Source of the DNA: Thermoplasmatota archaeon
GTDB taxonomy: Archaea; Thermoplasmatota; SW-10-69-26; JACQPN01; JAJPHT01
Length of the DNA stretch: 64,000 nucleotides
Assembly (NCBI GenBank): GCA_035540375.1
Contig: DATLGO010000101.1
Location: 14,324 to 78,323, forward strand
Direction of reading: 5' to 3'
The translations under genes and the position numbers were made by a program. Of the stretch, positions 26,567-34,758 are shown in pieces. Below the pieces are notes generated by a model, which saw nothing but the letters and a program-made list of their open reading frames with translations, was not told the DNA's origin and did no database searches. Every line of letters begins with the position of its first letter. The stretch's first letter is position 1.

Positions 26567-28841
26567 GCAGGCGGTCGACGATGCGGGGCGGCTTGAGGCT
26601 TCCCCCGGAGTCGCGGCGCGAACGCGGAAGGCATTTCACGCCCGCCGCGCATCCGGGCGCGTGGACGACGAGACGCTCCGCAGCGTCGACCTCGCGAAGC
26701 GCCTCCGACGCGTCGTCCTCCACGTCGCCCGCGCGGTTCCCGACGGCGACCCCGCGGGCCGGGGCGCCTTCGGCAGCATCCTCGACGAGGAGGCGCCCCG
26801 GGTCGAGGCGAAGGCCGAGCGCGAAGCCGCGGCCTTCCTTCTCGTGGGACAGGCCCTCGCGTACCGCATCCTCGGACGCGACCGGCCGCTCCCGGCGGTT
26901 CCGCGCGGCCTCGACGGCGCGGGGCTCGCCGCCTTCTTCGGCGGAAGCGAGGCCGCGCGACGCCAGCCCGCGGCGTTCGCGCCGCGGCTTCCCGCCGTGC
27001 CGGCGCGCGCGGTGGACGCGACCCTCCGCGCGCTCGACGAGGCCCGCCCCGAGCGCCTCCCGGTGGACGTCCTCGGGAAGGTGTTCCACAACCTCATCCC
27101 GCGCGCCGTGCGGAAGGTCGTCGCCGCGTACTACACGAACTCGGAGGCCGCGGACCTTCTTGCGACGCTCACCGTCACCCACGCCGACGCGCGCGTCCTC
27201 GACCCCGCCTGCGGATCCGGCGCCCTGCTCATCGCCGCCTGGCGCGCGAAACGCGCCCTGGGCGGCGGCGCGCCCTCCGACCTCGAGGGGCGCGACGTCA
27301 TGCCGGCGAGCGCGCACCTCGCGGCCGTGCAGCTCGCGCTCCACGCGGGCGACGGGCCGCGCATCGCGCTCGCGGACGGAACGACGCGCGGACGCCACCC
27401 GCCCGTCGACGTGGTCCTGATGAACCCCCCGTTCACGCGTTTCCAGAGGCTCCCGCCCGCCCTGAAAGCGACCCTCCGGTCGCGCTTCGCGGACTATCCG
27501 GAGATCACGGGCCAGCTCGCGCTCCACGGTTACTTCCTCCTCCTCGCCGACCGCGTTCTCGCCCCGGGCGGGCGCCTCGGCGCCGTCCTCCCGGCCTCGA
27601 CCCTCTCGGGCAAGGCGTTCCAGGGCGTCGTCGAGCGCCTGCTCACCGACTACACCGTCGAGCACGTCGTGACGACGACGGGCCGGGCGGCCTTCAGCGA
27701 CGACGCGGACTTCCGCGAGGTCATGCTGGTCGCCGAGAAGCGTCCGCCGCGCGCGGGCCATCGCGTGCGCCTCGCGACGCTCGCGGACGACCCGTCGCGA
27801 TGGACGAGCGCGGTCGCGCGGGACCGGGCGGGTCGCATGGCGGATGCCGCCGGCGCCGGTCAGCCGCTCCAGGCTGCGCTTGCCCGCGACGGGCGCGCGC
27901 TCGCCGAGCGCCTCGCCCTCTCGACGGACCTCGGCCTCGCCGCCGTGAGCGCCCTCGACGTCGCCTTCGCGGGCCTTCCCGCGCTCGCGGAGGTCCTTCG
28001 GGGCCTCGACGCGACGGTGGAGGAGAGCCTCCGGGCCCCGGGTCGCGAGGGCGCCTTCGACCTCATCGTCCTGAGCGACCCCCTGCGGGCCCTCAAGCGG
28101 GTCGATCGTTGGGTGCTCGAGGACGGTTTTGCCTTCGACCGCGCGACCGGAAAGCGCGCGCCCTTCGATCCGGCGTCCGCGGCCCCCTGCCTGCGCCGCA
28201 TCAGCCAGTCGAGCCACCTCGCCCTCGAGGGACGCGAGGACTGGGTGGCCCTCGCGCCCCTCGACGGCGTGGCCCCTCCGCGCGGATGGGACCGATGGCG
28301 CGCCACCGTGACGCGCCACACGGGCCGCCTCGCGCTCCTCTACAAGATGGACCTGGGGGCTCCCGGAACGCGGGCGCTCGCGGTCCATCACCCGAAGGGC
28401 CTCTTTTGCGCGGGCGACGCCTGGCGCGTCGAGGCGGACGACGACGAGGCGCTTCGCATCCTCGCGCTCTGGCTCAACACCGCGAGCTTCGCCCTGGCGC
28501 TCGTCCGCGTGCGGTCCGAGACGCGCGGATCCTGGATCCGCCTCGACAAGGGTCTCATGGCCCGCATCCCGGCGCCGGATCCGGGCGCCCTCGACGCGGC
28601 GACGCGGCGGCGCCTCCTCGACCTCTACGAGCGCGCCCGCGAAGCGCCCCTCGGCTCGCTGTGGGAGGACGTGCGCGACCGCCGCGCGCCGCGCGTCGAC
28701 CTCGACCGCGCGTTCCTCGAGACGGTCAGGGCCCCCGACGGCACGCTCGAAGCGATCTACGCAGGCCTCGAGGCGGAGCTCGGAAACCTCCGCGCCGTTC
28801 TCAGATATGACGGGACGCCGCGTCGACCGTCGCCCAGATGA
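26565..28841 (+). CDS. large gamma-class N6-adenine DNA methyltransferase (Eco57I/HsdM-like) with a ~300-aa C-terminal extension
   Basis: Motif I VLDPACGSGALL precedes motif IV VVLMNPPF. This start overlaps the divergent nuclease start within GCATGC, so the true start may lie downstream. Confidence 0.65.
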   Translation: MQAVDDAGRLEASPGVAARTRKAFHARRASGRVDDETLRSVDLAKRLRRVVLHVARAVPDGDPAGRGAFGSILDEEAPRVEAKAEREAAAFLLVGQALAYRILGRDRPLPAVPRGLDGAGLAAFFGGSEAARRQPAAFAPRLPAVPARAVDATLRALDEARPERLPVDVLGKVFHNLIPRAVRKVVAAYYTNSEAADLLATLTVTHADARVLDPACGSGALLIAAWRAKRALGGGAPSDLEGRDVMPASAHLAAVQLALHAGDGPRIALADGTTRGRHPPVDVVLMNPPFTRFQRLPPALKATLRSRFADYPEITGQLALHGYFLLLADRVLAPGGRLGAVLPASTLSGKAFQGVVERLLTDYTVEHVVTTTGRAAFSDDADFREVMLVAEKRPPRAGHRVRLATLADDPSRWTSAVARDRAGRMADAAGAGQPLQAALARDGRALAERLALSTDLGLAAVSALDVAFAGLPALAEVLRGLDATVEESLRAPGREGAFDLIVLSDPLRALKRVDRWVLEDGFAFDRATGKRAPFDPASAAPCLRRISQSSHLALEGREDWVALAPLDGVAPPRGWDRWRATVTRHTGRLALLYKMDLGAPGTRALAVHHPKGLFCAGDAWRVEADDDEALRILALWLNTASFALALVRVRSETRGSWIRLDKGLMARIPAPDPGALDAATRRRLLDLYERAREAPLGSLWEDVRDRRAPRVDLDRAFLETVRAPDGTLEAIYAGLEAELGNLRAVLRYDGTPRRPSPR

Positions 28842-29385
28842 CGCGCTCGCGCCCCGCGAGACGTTCGAGGGGCGACGGAAGGACCTCTTCGAGCTTCATC
28901 GCGAAGTCCCGGTGGTATCGACCCGGCTGGCACCGGCCGCAGGACCACGACCCGCGCAGGGGAACGCGTCGCCGCCAGGCGGCGCGGCAGGTGACGCACC
29001 GATAGACGTACCGGAAGGTCGCGTTCTCCGGACCCAGGTCGTGGTCGCCGTTCGCGCGGACCCCGAGCCCTTCGAGGAGGTCGTGGAACCGCTCGGTGTG
29101 GGAGGTCTCGTTCGCGGCGGCGTAGAGGTGCGCGTGGACGACCTCGTGCTTGAGCGTCGCGTCGAGCTCCCGCCAGTAGTTCCGGTGGTGGAGGCGCTGG
29201 GGCTCGAGCAGGAAAAGGTAGGGGGAGAAGCGGACCGCCTTGCGGCGGAAGTAGATGAGGGCCCATGCGTTCGTCACGCGCCCCGAGAAGCGCAGATCGT
29301 GGGCCGGCGTGCGGCCTGGAAGCTCGCGCGCGACGTCGTTCCACCGCTTCCGCAGGACCTCTTCGAGGGCGAGCAGGGCCTCCAT
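28801..29385 (-). CDS. SprT-like zinc metalloprotease-domain protein
   Basis: HEVVHAHLY (HExxH) followed by a Zn-ribbon CVTC…CGRC. It converges on and overlaps the methyltransferase 3' end by 41 bp. Confidence 0.6.
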   Translation of the reverse strand: MEALLALEEVLRKRWNDVARELPGRTPAHDLRFSGRVTNAWALIYFRRKAVRFSPYLFLLEPQRLHHRNYWRELDATLKHEVVHAHLYAAANETSHTERFHDLLEGLGVRANGDHDLGPENATFRYVYRCVTCRAAWRRRVPLRGSWSCGRCQPGRYHRDFAMKLEEVLPSPLERLAGRERVIWATVDAASRHI

Positions 29386-29725
29386 GCCGGAACCGCGGGC
29401 CCCCGTCTCGCGCCCCCGGGATTTAAGGCCGCGACGGACGGCGCCGACGCCGTCGAGGGAACCTTCATGGCCCCCCGGCGGCCCCGCCCGCGTCGCCGCG
29501 GGAGGCAAGCTTCTTCACCCGCGGCCCGGATGGACGCGCGGCGCGATGAGGAGAAGAGGGTCAACGAGCCCCGGCTGTGACCGCACATTCTGACTGCATC
29601 CGAGCGCCGACCTTTCCACGCGGGCGGGCGCCCGGCGAGGCCATGCGCGGGAGCCTGCGCTGGGATCCCGGACGAGAAAAAAGGAGTCGCGCCGGGCGGG
29701 AACGACCGCCCGGCGGGAACGGGGC

Positions 29726-30181
29726 CTATCGGCGGCCCTTCTTGGCCTTGCCCTTCGGCTTGGCCTTGGAGACCTTCGTGGCCTTCTTGGCCTTGCCCTT
29801 CGGCTTGGCCTTGACCTTCGTCGCCTTCTTCACGGGCTTCGCGGTCTTCGTTCCCTTCTTCGTCTTCGCGGCGCGGCGGGCGGCGGCACGGGCCTTGCGG
29901 GCCTCGCGCTCGGCCTTGATCCGGGCCTCGCGGCGCTCCTTGCGGGCGGCGCGGTTCTTCTTCTGCTGGGCGCGGAGCGTGCGCCACTTGCTGCCCCCGA
30001 TCTTCCGGAGGACGGGCAGGCCCGTGCGGGCCACCGTCGAGACCTCCATGCCGGGGGGGATTTCAGCCTGCACACCGCTCTTGGGAGTGCGGCGCGAGAA
30101 GAAGTAGATCGTCTGCGTGCGACCGCCCTTGAGCGTCACGTTCTTCGAGTAGAGGGTGAACCCCTCGTGTTGGTAAGCCAT
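29726..30181 (-). CDS. putative chromatin/DNA-binding protein: ~65-aa globular N-domain plus H1-like Lys/Ala-rich tail
   Basis: N-terminal MAYQHEGFTLYSKNVTLKGGRTQTIYFFSRR…, then AKPKGKAKKATKV-type repeats over ~90 aa. Confidence 0.5.
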   Translation of the reverse strand: MAYQHEGFTLYSKNVTLKGGRTQTIYFFSRRTPKSGVQAEIPPGMEVSTVARTGLPVLRKIGGSKWRTLRAQQKKNRAARKERREARIKAEREARKARAAARRAAKTKKGTKTAKPVKKATKVKAKPKGKAKKATKVSKAKPKGKAKKGRR

Positions 30182-30399
30182 GTGGCATCCCGTACCAACA
30201 ATGTGGCGTACCATGATAAGGTTACTGGTAAACATCGGCGTTTCTTCCGTTGGAAACGCGGTTTGCCGGGAATGAAGCGATGCGGCGACGCGGGGACGCG
30301 GCCGGGACGCGTTGGTATCAACGCGGTCGCGCGCCGAGGGCGCAAGGCGCGCGCGAAGACGGAGCGCGAGGCCCGCCGCCCCATACGATCGCCTTTAGG

Positions 30400-30810
30400 A
30401 TGGGGCGCGCGCTTGCCGTCGCGGTGCCCGCGATGGACACGCCGTACGAGCTCGTGACGCGCCGTCTCTGCCTGATCAAGGACACCGGCCACAGCGGAAC
30501 CCTCTGGGGCGGCACGATGATGGGCTGGGTCGACGAGGCCGGCGCCATCTACGCCGGGATGGTCACGCGCAACCCGACGATGGTGACCAAGGCCTTCACC
30601 GAGATCAACTTCACGAGCACCGTGAACCCCGGCGACATGGTGGAGTTCTACGGACGCGTCGCGCGGTGGGGCACGACGTCGGTGCACATCGAGCTCAAGG
30701 TCACGGCGCGCCGCCCCACGAGCCACGAGGCGTGGGACGTCCTCACCGTCACCGGCACCTTCGTCGCGATCGACGAGCGGGGCCGCAAGACGCCCATCCT
30801 GAAGGCGTAG
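30400..30810 (+). CDS. hotdog-fold acyl-CoA thioesterase (YciA/BFIT-like)
   Basis: …GHSGTLWGGTMMGWVDEAGAIYAG… followed by beta-strands typical of 4HBT/acyl-CoA thioester hydrolases. Confidence 0.65.
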   Translation: MGRALAVAVPAMDTPYELVTRRLCLIKDTGHSGTLWGGTMMGWVDEAGAIYAGMVTRNPTMVTKAFTEINFTSTVNPGDMVEFYGRVARWGTTSVHIELKVTARRPTSHEAWDVLTVTGTFVAIDERGRKTPILKA

Positions 30811-31068
30811 CGCGGGAAGCCAAGGGCTTTACGCGGGATCGGCCTTCGCGGGCGCGGGCGCAGTGACGATTGGCTTCGGAACCGAACCCCTCCATGTGGA
30901 GATTGGACTTTGCCGAGCGCCCATTTCTTTCGAACACGGGCTGGAAGGTGCCCGTTTTCACCGCATTTTCCCCTGTCGGGTGAGGCGACAACCGCCTGAC
31001 AAAGCCCCGACAATTGGAATACGGGCCCACTAGAGGGTTTAAGAACCCCCCCGAGGGCTGTCGGCCGG

Positions 31069-33285
31069 ATGAACTCCGAGGACCGCGTCCTCCTCCACCT
31101 GCTCGCCCACGACGCCGTGAAGCGCGACGCCTACGCGGTTCCCTTCGCGCTCTGCCAGGAAGGCATCGCCGACGCGGTGGGCGTCGCCCGCAACACGGCG
31201 AGCGAGATCCTGCAGCGGCTGCGCGACCGGCAGCTCGTGACGAGCGAGCGCCGCGCGATCTCGGGTCAGAACCACAAGCGGCAGGCGTTCTTCCTCTCCG
31301 AGCGGGGCCGCCAGGCCGCGCGCGCCCTCGGCGGCGCGCCCGGCGCCGTCGCGAGCGGCCCGGCGGCGGCCGCGGGCGCGGGCCGCGCGCCGGCGCGCCT
31401 CCCTTCGCCGCGGCTCTTCGTCGGTCGCGGGCCCGAGCTCGCGCGCCTGCGCCTGTGGCTCGAGCGGGGCGGCGGCACGTTCCTGCTCGAAGGCCCGGGC
31501 GGCATCGGCAAATCGAGCCTCGCGGGCCGCGCGCTCGAGGCCGCGGGACTGCGCGACCCCGTGCACGTCTACACGTTCAACAGCCTCTCGACCCTCCGCA
31601 ACGTGCTCCTCCACCTCTCCGAGTTCCTCGCCCTCCAGGGGCGTCGCGAGCTCGCGACGTTCATGGCCGCGCAGCCCGCGCCGAGCCTCGACCAGGCGCG
31701 CGGCGCGCTCGCCGACAGCCTCGCCTCGGCCCGTGGGATCATCATCCTCGACGACGCCCAGAAGATCATGCCCGAGGTCGAGCCGCTCCTCGAGCGCCTC
31801 GCGAAGGCCGCGGTCTCGGGCGGCCCCCGCCTCCTCGTGATCGGGCGGGAGATGGGCCGCGTCGCCGACCGGCTCGGGTCGAGCAAGGGGTTTGAGCGCC
31901 TGACGCTCGGCGTCCTCGGCGACGACGAGAGCCACGCGCTCCTCGCCGAGCGCGGCTTCGCCGAGCGGGAGATTCCCGAGGTCGTCCGCGTGACCCGCGG
32001 CCACCCCCTCTACCTGCGCCTCGTGCAGCCGGGGACGCGCCCCGGCGCCTCGCGCGACGTCCAGGCGTGGCTCGAGGAGGAGGTCGACCGCGGGCTGGGC
32101 GACGCCGAGCGGCGCATCCTCCTCAGGGCCGCGATCCACCGCTTCCCCGTCTCGCCGTCCATCCTCGCGCCCGCCCGGGACGAGGCGGGTCCGCTCACGA
32201 TCCTCGTCGAGCGGGGACTGCTCATCCGCGACGGGGACGCGATCGGCCTCCACGACCTCCTGCGCGACTACTACCTGCGGCGCCTCCCCGCCGTCGTCGC
32301 GCGGCGCCTCCACGCCGAGGCCGCGCAGCACTACCAGACGGTGGCGGGCGAAGGCGCGCTCGTCGAATCGATGCACCACCTGCGCGCCGCGGACCGCGAC
32401 GAGGAGGCCGCCGCCCTCGCGGTGACGCACGGCATGAACCTCGTCTCGCGCGGCTACCACGCCGAGCTGTTCTCGGTGCTCGAATCCTTCCGCGAAGCGC
32501 GGGTCTCCGCCCGTCAGCGCGGCTGGAAGCACCTCCTCGAGGCGCGCATCCTCGTCCACCGCGGCAAGCCCGAGCAGGCGCTCGCGGCGGCCGAGCGCAG
32601 CCTCGAGGTCGCGCGCGGGATCCGCGACCCCGAGCTCGTCGCCCTCGCCGGACGCGAGGCCGCGCAGGCGCACCGCTTCCGCGGCGACCTCGCGAAGGGC
32701 ATCGCGCTCGTGCACGGCATCCTCGAGGACCTGAAGGATCGCGAGGGCGAGCCGTACGTCGCCGACCTCCTGAACGCCTACGGGATCCTCGTCTTCGAAA
32801 GCGGCGACCGCGAAGGCGCGCGCCGCGTCTTCGAGGACAACGTCGCGTACGCCCTCAAGCACGGCGCCGAGCCCGCCTTCCTCGCGAAAGCGTATGGGAA
32901 CCTCGGCGAAACGCTGCGACTCCTCGGCCGCCCGGCCGAGGCGCTGCCCCACCTCACGAAGGGCGTCGAGGTCGTGACGGCCGCGGCGCTCCGGCTCTAC
33001 GCGGGTTCGCTGAACCTGAACCTCGCGTGGGTCCTCATGGACCTCCGGCGCCACGCGGAGGCGAAGAAGCACCTCGAGGCCGCGCTCGCGAGCGTCGAGA
33101 CGGGACCGAGCGAATTCCTCCCGGAGGTGCTCTGGGCGCAGGGCCGCCTCCTTCTCGAGACGGGCGAATCCGACCGCGGACGCGACGTCCTCCGCCGGGC
33201 CCGCGACCTCTACGAGGGGCGCAAGGACGCCGAATCCGTGCGCCGCATCGACGACCTCCTCGAAGGACGCCGGAAGGCCGCGTGA
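31069..33285 (+). CDS. wHTH–STAND/AAA ATPase–TPR regulator (MalT/AfsR-like architecture)
   Basis: N-terminal winged helix, Walker A LLEGPGGIGKSSLA, Walker B IIILDDAQ, and C-terminal TPR-like repeats. Confidence 0.7.
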   Translation: MNSEDRVLLHLLAHDAVKRDAYAVPFALCQEGIADAVGVARNTASEILQRLRDRQLVTSERRAISGQNHKRQAFFLSERGRQAARALGGAPGAVASGPAAAAGAGRAPARLPSPRLFVGRGPELARLRLWLERGGGTFLLEGPGGIGKSSLAGRALEAAGLRDPVHVYTFNSLSTLRNVLLHLSEFLALQGRRELATFMAAQPAPSLDQARGALADSLASARGIIILDDAQKIMPEVEPLLERLAKAAVSGGPRLLVIGREMGRVADRLGSSKGFERLTLGVLGDDESHALLAERGFAEREIPEVVRVTRGHPLYLRLVQPGTRPGASRDVQAWLEEEVDRGLGDAERRILLRAAIHRFPVSPSILAPARDEAGPLTILVERGLLIRDGDAIGLHDLLRDYYLRRLPAVVARRLHAEAAQHYQTVAGEGALVESMHHLRAADRDEEAAALAVTHGMNLVSRGYHAELFSVLESFREARVSARQRGWKHLLEARILVHRGKPEQALAAAERSLEVARGIRDPELVALAGREAAQAHRFRGDLAKGIALVHGILEDLKDREGEPYVADLLNAYGILVFESGDREGARRVFEDNVAYALKHGAEPAFLAKAYGNLGETLRLLGRPAEALPHLTKGVEVVTAAALRLYAGSLNLNLAWVLMDLRRHAEAKKHLEAALASVETGPSEFLPEVLWAQGRLLLETGESDRGRDVLRRARDLYEGRKDAESVRRIDDLLEGRRKAA

Positions 33286-33869
33286 TGGCCCCCCGCCGCG
33301 CGTCGGCCGCCGACCTCAAGACTGCGCTTCGCCGCGAGGCCCTCGCCCGCCGCGACGCGATCGAGCCCGACCTGCGCGCCTCGCTCGCCTCGAAGGCCAC
33401 GAAGCGCCTCCTCGGCCTCTCCGTGATGCGCCCCGGCGCGACCGTCGGATTCTACGCCGCGCGGGGATCCGAGATGCCGACCGACGGCCTCCTCGCCGAC
33501 GCCCTCCGGCGCGGCGTGCGCGTCGCCCTGCCGCGCGTGGACCGCGCGACGGGCGCGCTCACGTTCCACGCGGTCGCGGACCCCGCCGCGCTCAGGCCCG
33601 GCGCCTTCGGCATCCGGGAACCCGCCTCCACGGCGCCCATGCCGGAGAACCTCGACGCGATCGTGGTGCCCGGCGTCGCCTTCGACCCGCGCGGCCACCG
33701 ACTCGGCACCGGGCGCGGCTATTTCGACCGGTATCTCCGCGACCGGCCGGGTCTCCGCATCGGTCTCGCCTTCGAGGCGCAGATCGTCGAAGCGCTCCCG
33801 GACGAGCCGCACGATGAACCGATGGACCTCATCGTGACGGAGAAGCGCGTGCTCAGGACGCGCGCCTGA
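33285..33869 (+). CDS. 5-formyltetrahydrofolate cyclo-ligase
   Basis: …VVPGVAFDPRGHRLGTGRGYFDRYL… signature. The ATG overlaps the upstream stop (TGATG). Confidence 0.75.
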   Translation: MAPRRASAADLKTALRREALARRDAIEPDLRASLASKATKRLLGLSVMRPGATVGFYAARGSEMPTDGLLADALRRGVRVALPRVDRATGALTFHAVADPAALRPGAFGIREPASTAPMPENLDAIVVPGVAFDPRGHRLGTGRGYFDRYLRDRPGLRIGLAFEAQIVEALPDEPHDEPMDLIVTEKRVLRTRA

Positions 33870-33909
33870 CCCCGAAGGTTCCAAGCCACCCCGGGCCTTT
33901 CCCGCGCGC

Positions 33910-34449
33910 ATGGGCACCTTCGCCTGGTTCGGCCCCCGCGCTCCTCCCCTCGGCTCCCGCGACGTTCCCGCCGGCGGCCTCTGCCTCTCGGCCTTCCTCG
34001 CCGTCCGTGACGACCAGGGCCGTGTGCTCCTCGGCAAGTACAACGCGGAAGACGCGAAGCTCGAAGGCCTCACCGGCATGGACGAGGAGCGCCGCAAGCG
34101 ATTCAGCGGCGGCTGGACGCTCCCCGCGCGCCATCTCCGCTTCGGCGAATCCCCCGAGACCGCGGCCCGGTCCATCGCCGACGACCTCGTCCGCGTCCGC
34201 GTCGAGCCGCGCTTCGTCCGTTATGCGAGCGAGGCCTACGAATCCGCCGTCTATCCCGGCACGCACCACTGGGATGTGAATTTCCTCTTCGAGGCCCAGG
34301 TCCCGCGCCCGACCGCGCAGGGCCTGTGGCCGCACGGCCCCCCGAGCTGGTACCGGGAGCTCGCCTTCGTCGACCCCTCCTGGCTCAAGCCCGGCGACTG
34401 GGCGCGCTCGCACGAGGACGTGTGGGCGATGTACGCGGCGAAGAAATAG
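33910..34449 (+). CDS. NUDIX-family hydrolase (divergent Nudix box)
   Basis: GGWTLPARHLRFGESPETAARSIADDL resembles GX5EX7REUXEE. Low certainty. Confidence 0.45.
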   Translation: MGTFAWFGPRAPPLGSRDVPAGGLCLSAFLAVRDDQGRVLLGKYNAEDAKLEGLTGMDEERRKRFSGGWTLPARHLRFGESPETAARSIADDLVRVRVEPRFVRYASEAYESAVYPGTHHWDVNFLFEAQVPRPTAQGLWPHGPPSWYRELAFVDPSWLKPGDWARSHEDVWAMYAAKK

Positions 34450-34514
34450 CCCCCGACCTCGCGGCGCGTAGACAAGAAACGAGCGCGAGCGGAGCGAGCG
34501 CTTTCGCGCCATCG

Positions 34515-34590
34515 ACCACGAAAGCGGGGATGGGCGCGCAAGCGCCCCGAAGAGGGCGGCCGCACGCCGCCCGAGGCCGAGCGAAGCGAG
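34515..34590. repeat. 76-bp structured repeat, copy 1 (two GC hairpins, GNRA tetraloop GCAA)
   Basis: accacgaaagcggggatGGGCGCgcaaGCGCCCcgaagagGGCGGCcgcacGCCGCCcgaggccgagcgaagcgag; it lies between two convergent 3' ends. Confidence 0.5.
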
Positions 34591-34639
34591 GCCAAGCCCA
34601 CGAGATTTCACACAGCTAACCCGCAGTCTCCATCCTTCT

Positions 34640-34715
34640 ACCACGAGAGCGGGGATGGGCGCGCGAGCGCCCCGAAGAGGGCGGCCGCAGGCCGCCCGAG
34701 GCCGAGCGAAGCGAG
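34640..34715. repeat. 76-bp structured repeat, copy 2 (73/76 identical; tetraloop GCGA)
   Basis: Same element 125 bp downstream. Two of the three differences fall in hairpin loops (GCAA to GCGA, CGCAC to CGCAG). Confidence 0.5.
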
Positions 34716-34758
34716 CGCCGCCGTCGAGCGGGGAAGCGCAGGACGAAGTCCTGCGCCG

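Noticed and set aside
26581-27420. 279-aa ORF in an alternative frame inside the methyltransferase gene
   Set aside because: The translation is Arg/Ser/Pro-rich with no motifs. The methyltransferase frame carries the DPACGSG and NPPF motifs.
34515-34715. Possibility of a CRISPR array
   Set aside because: There are only two repeat copies, the repeat is 76 bp, the spacing is 49 bp, and no cas genes are nearby. It does not fit CRISPR architecture.
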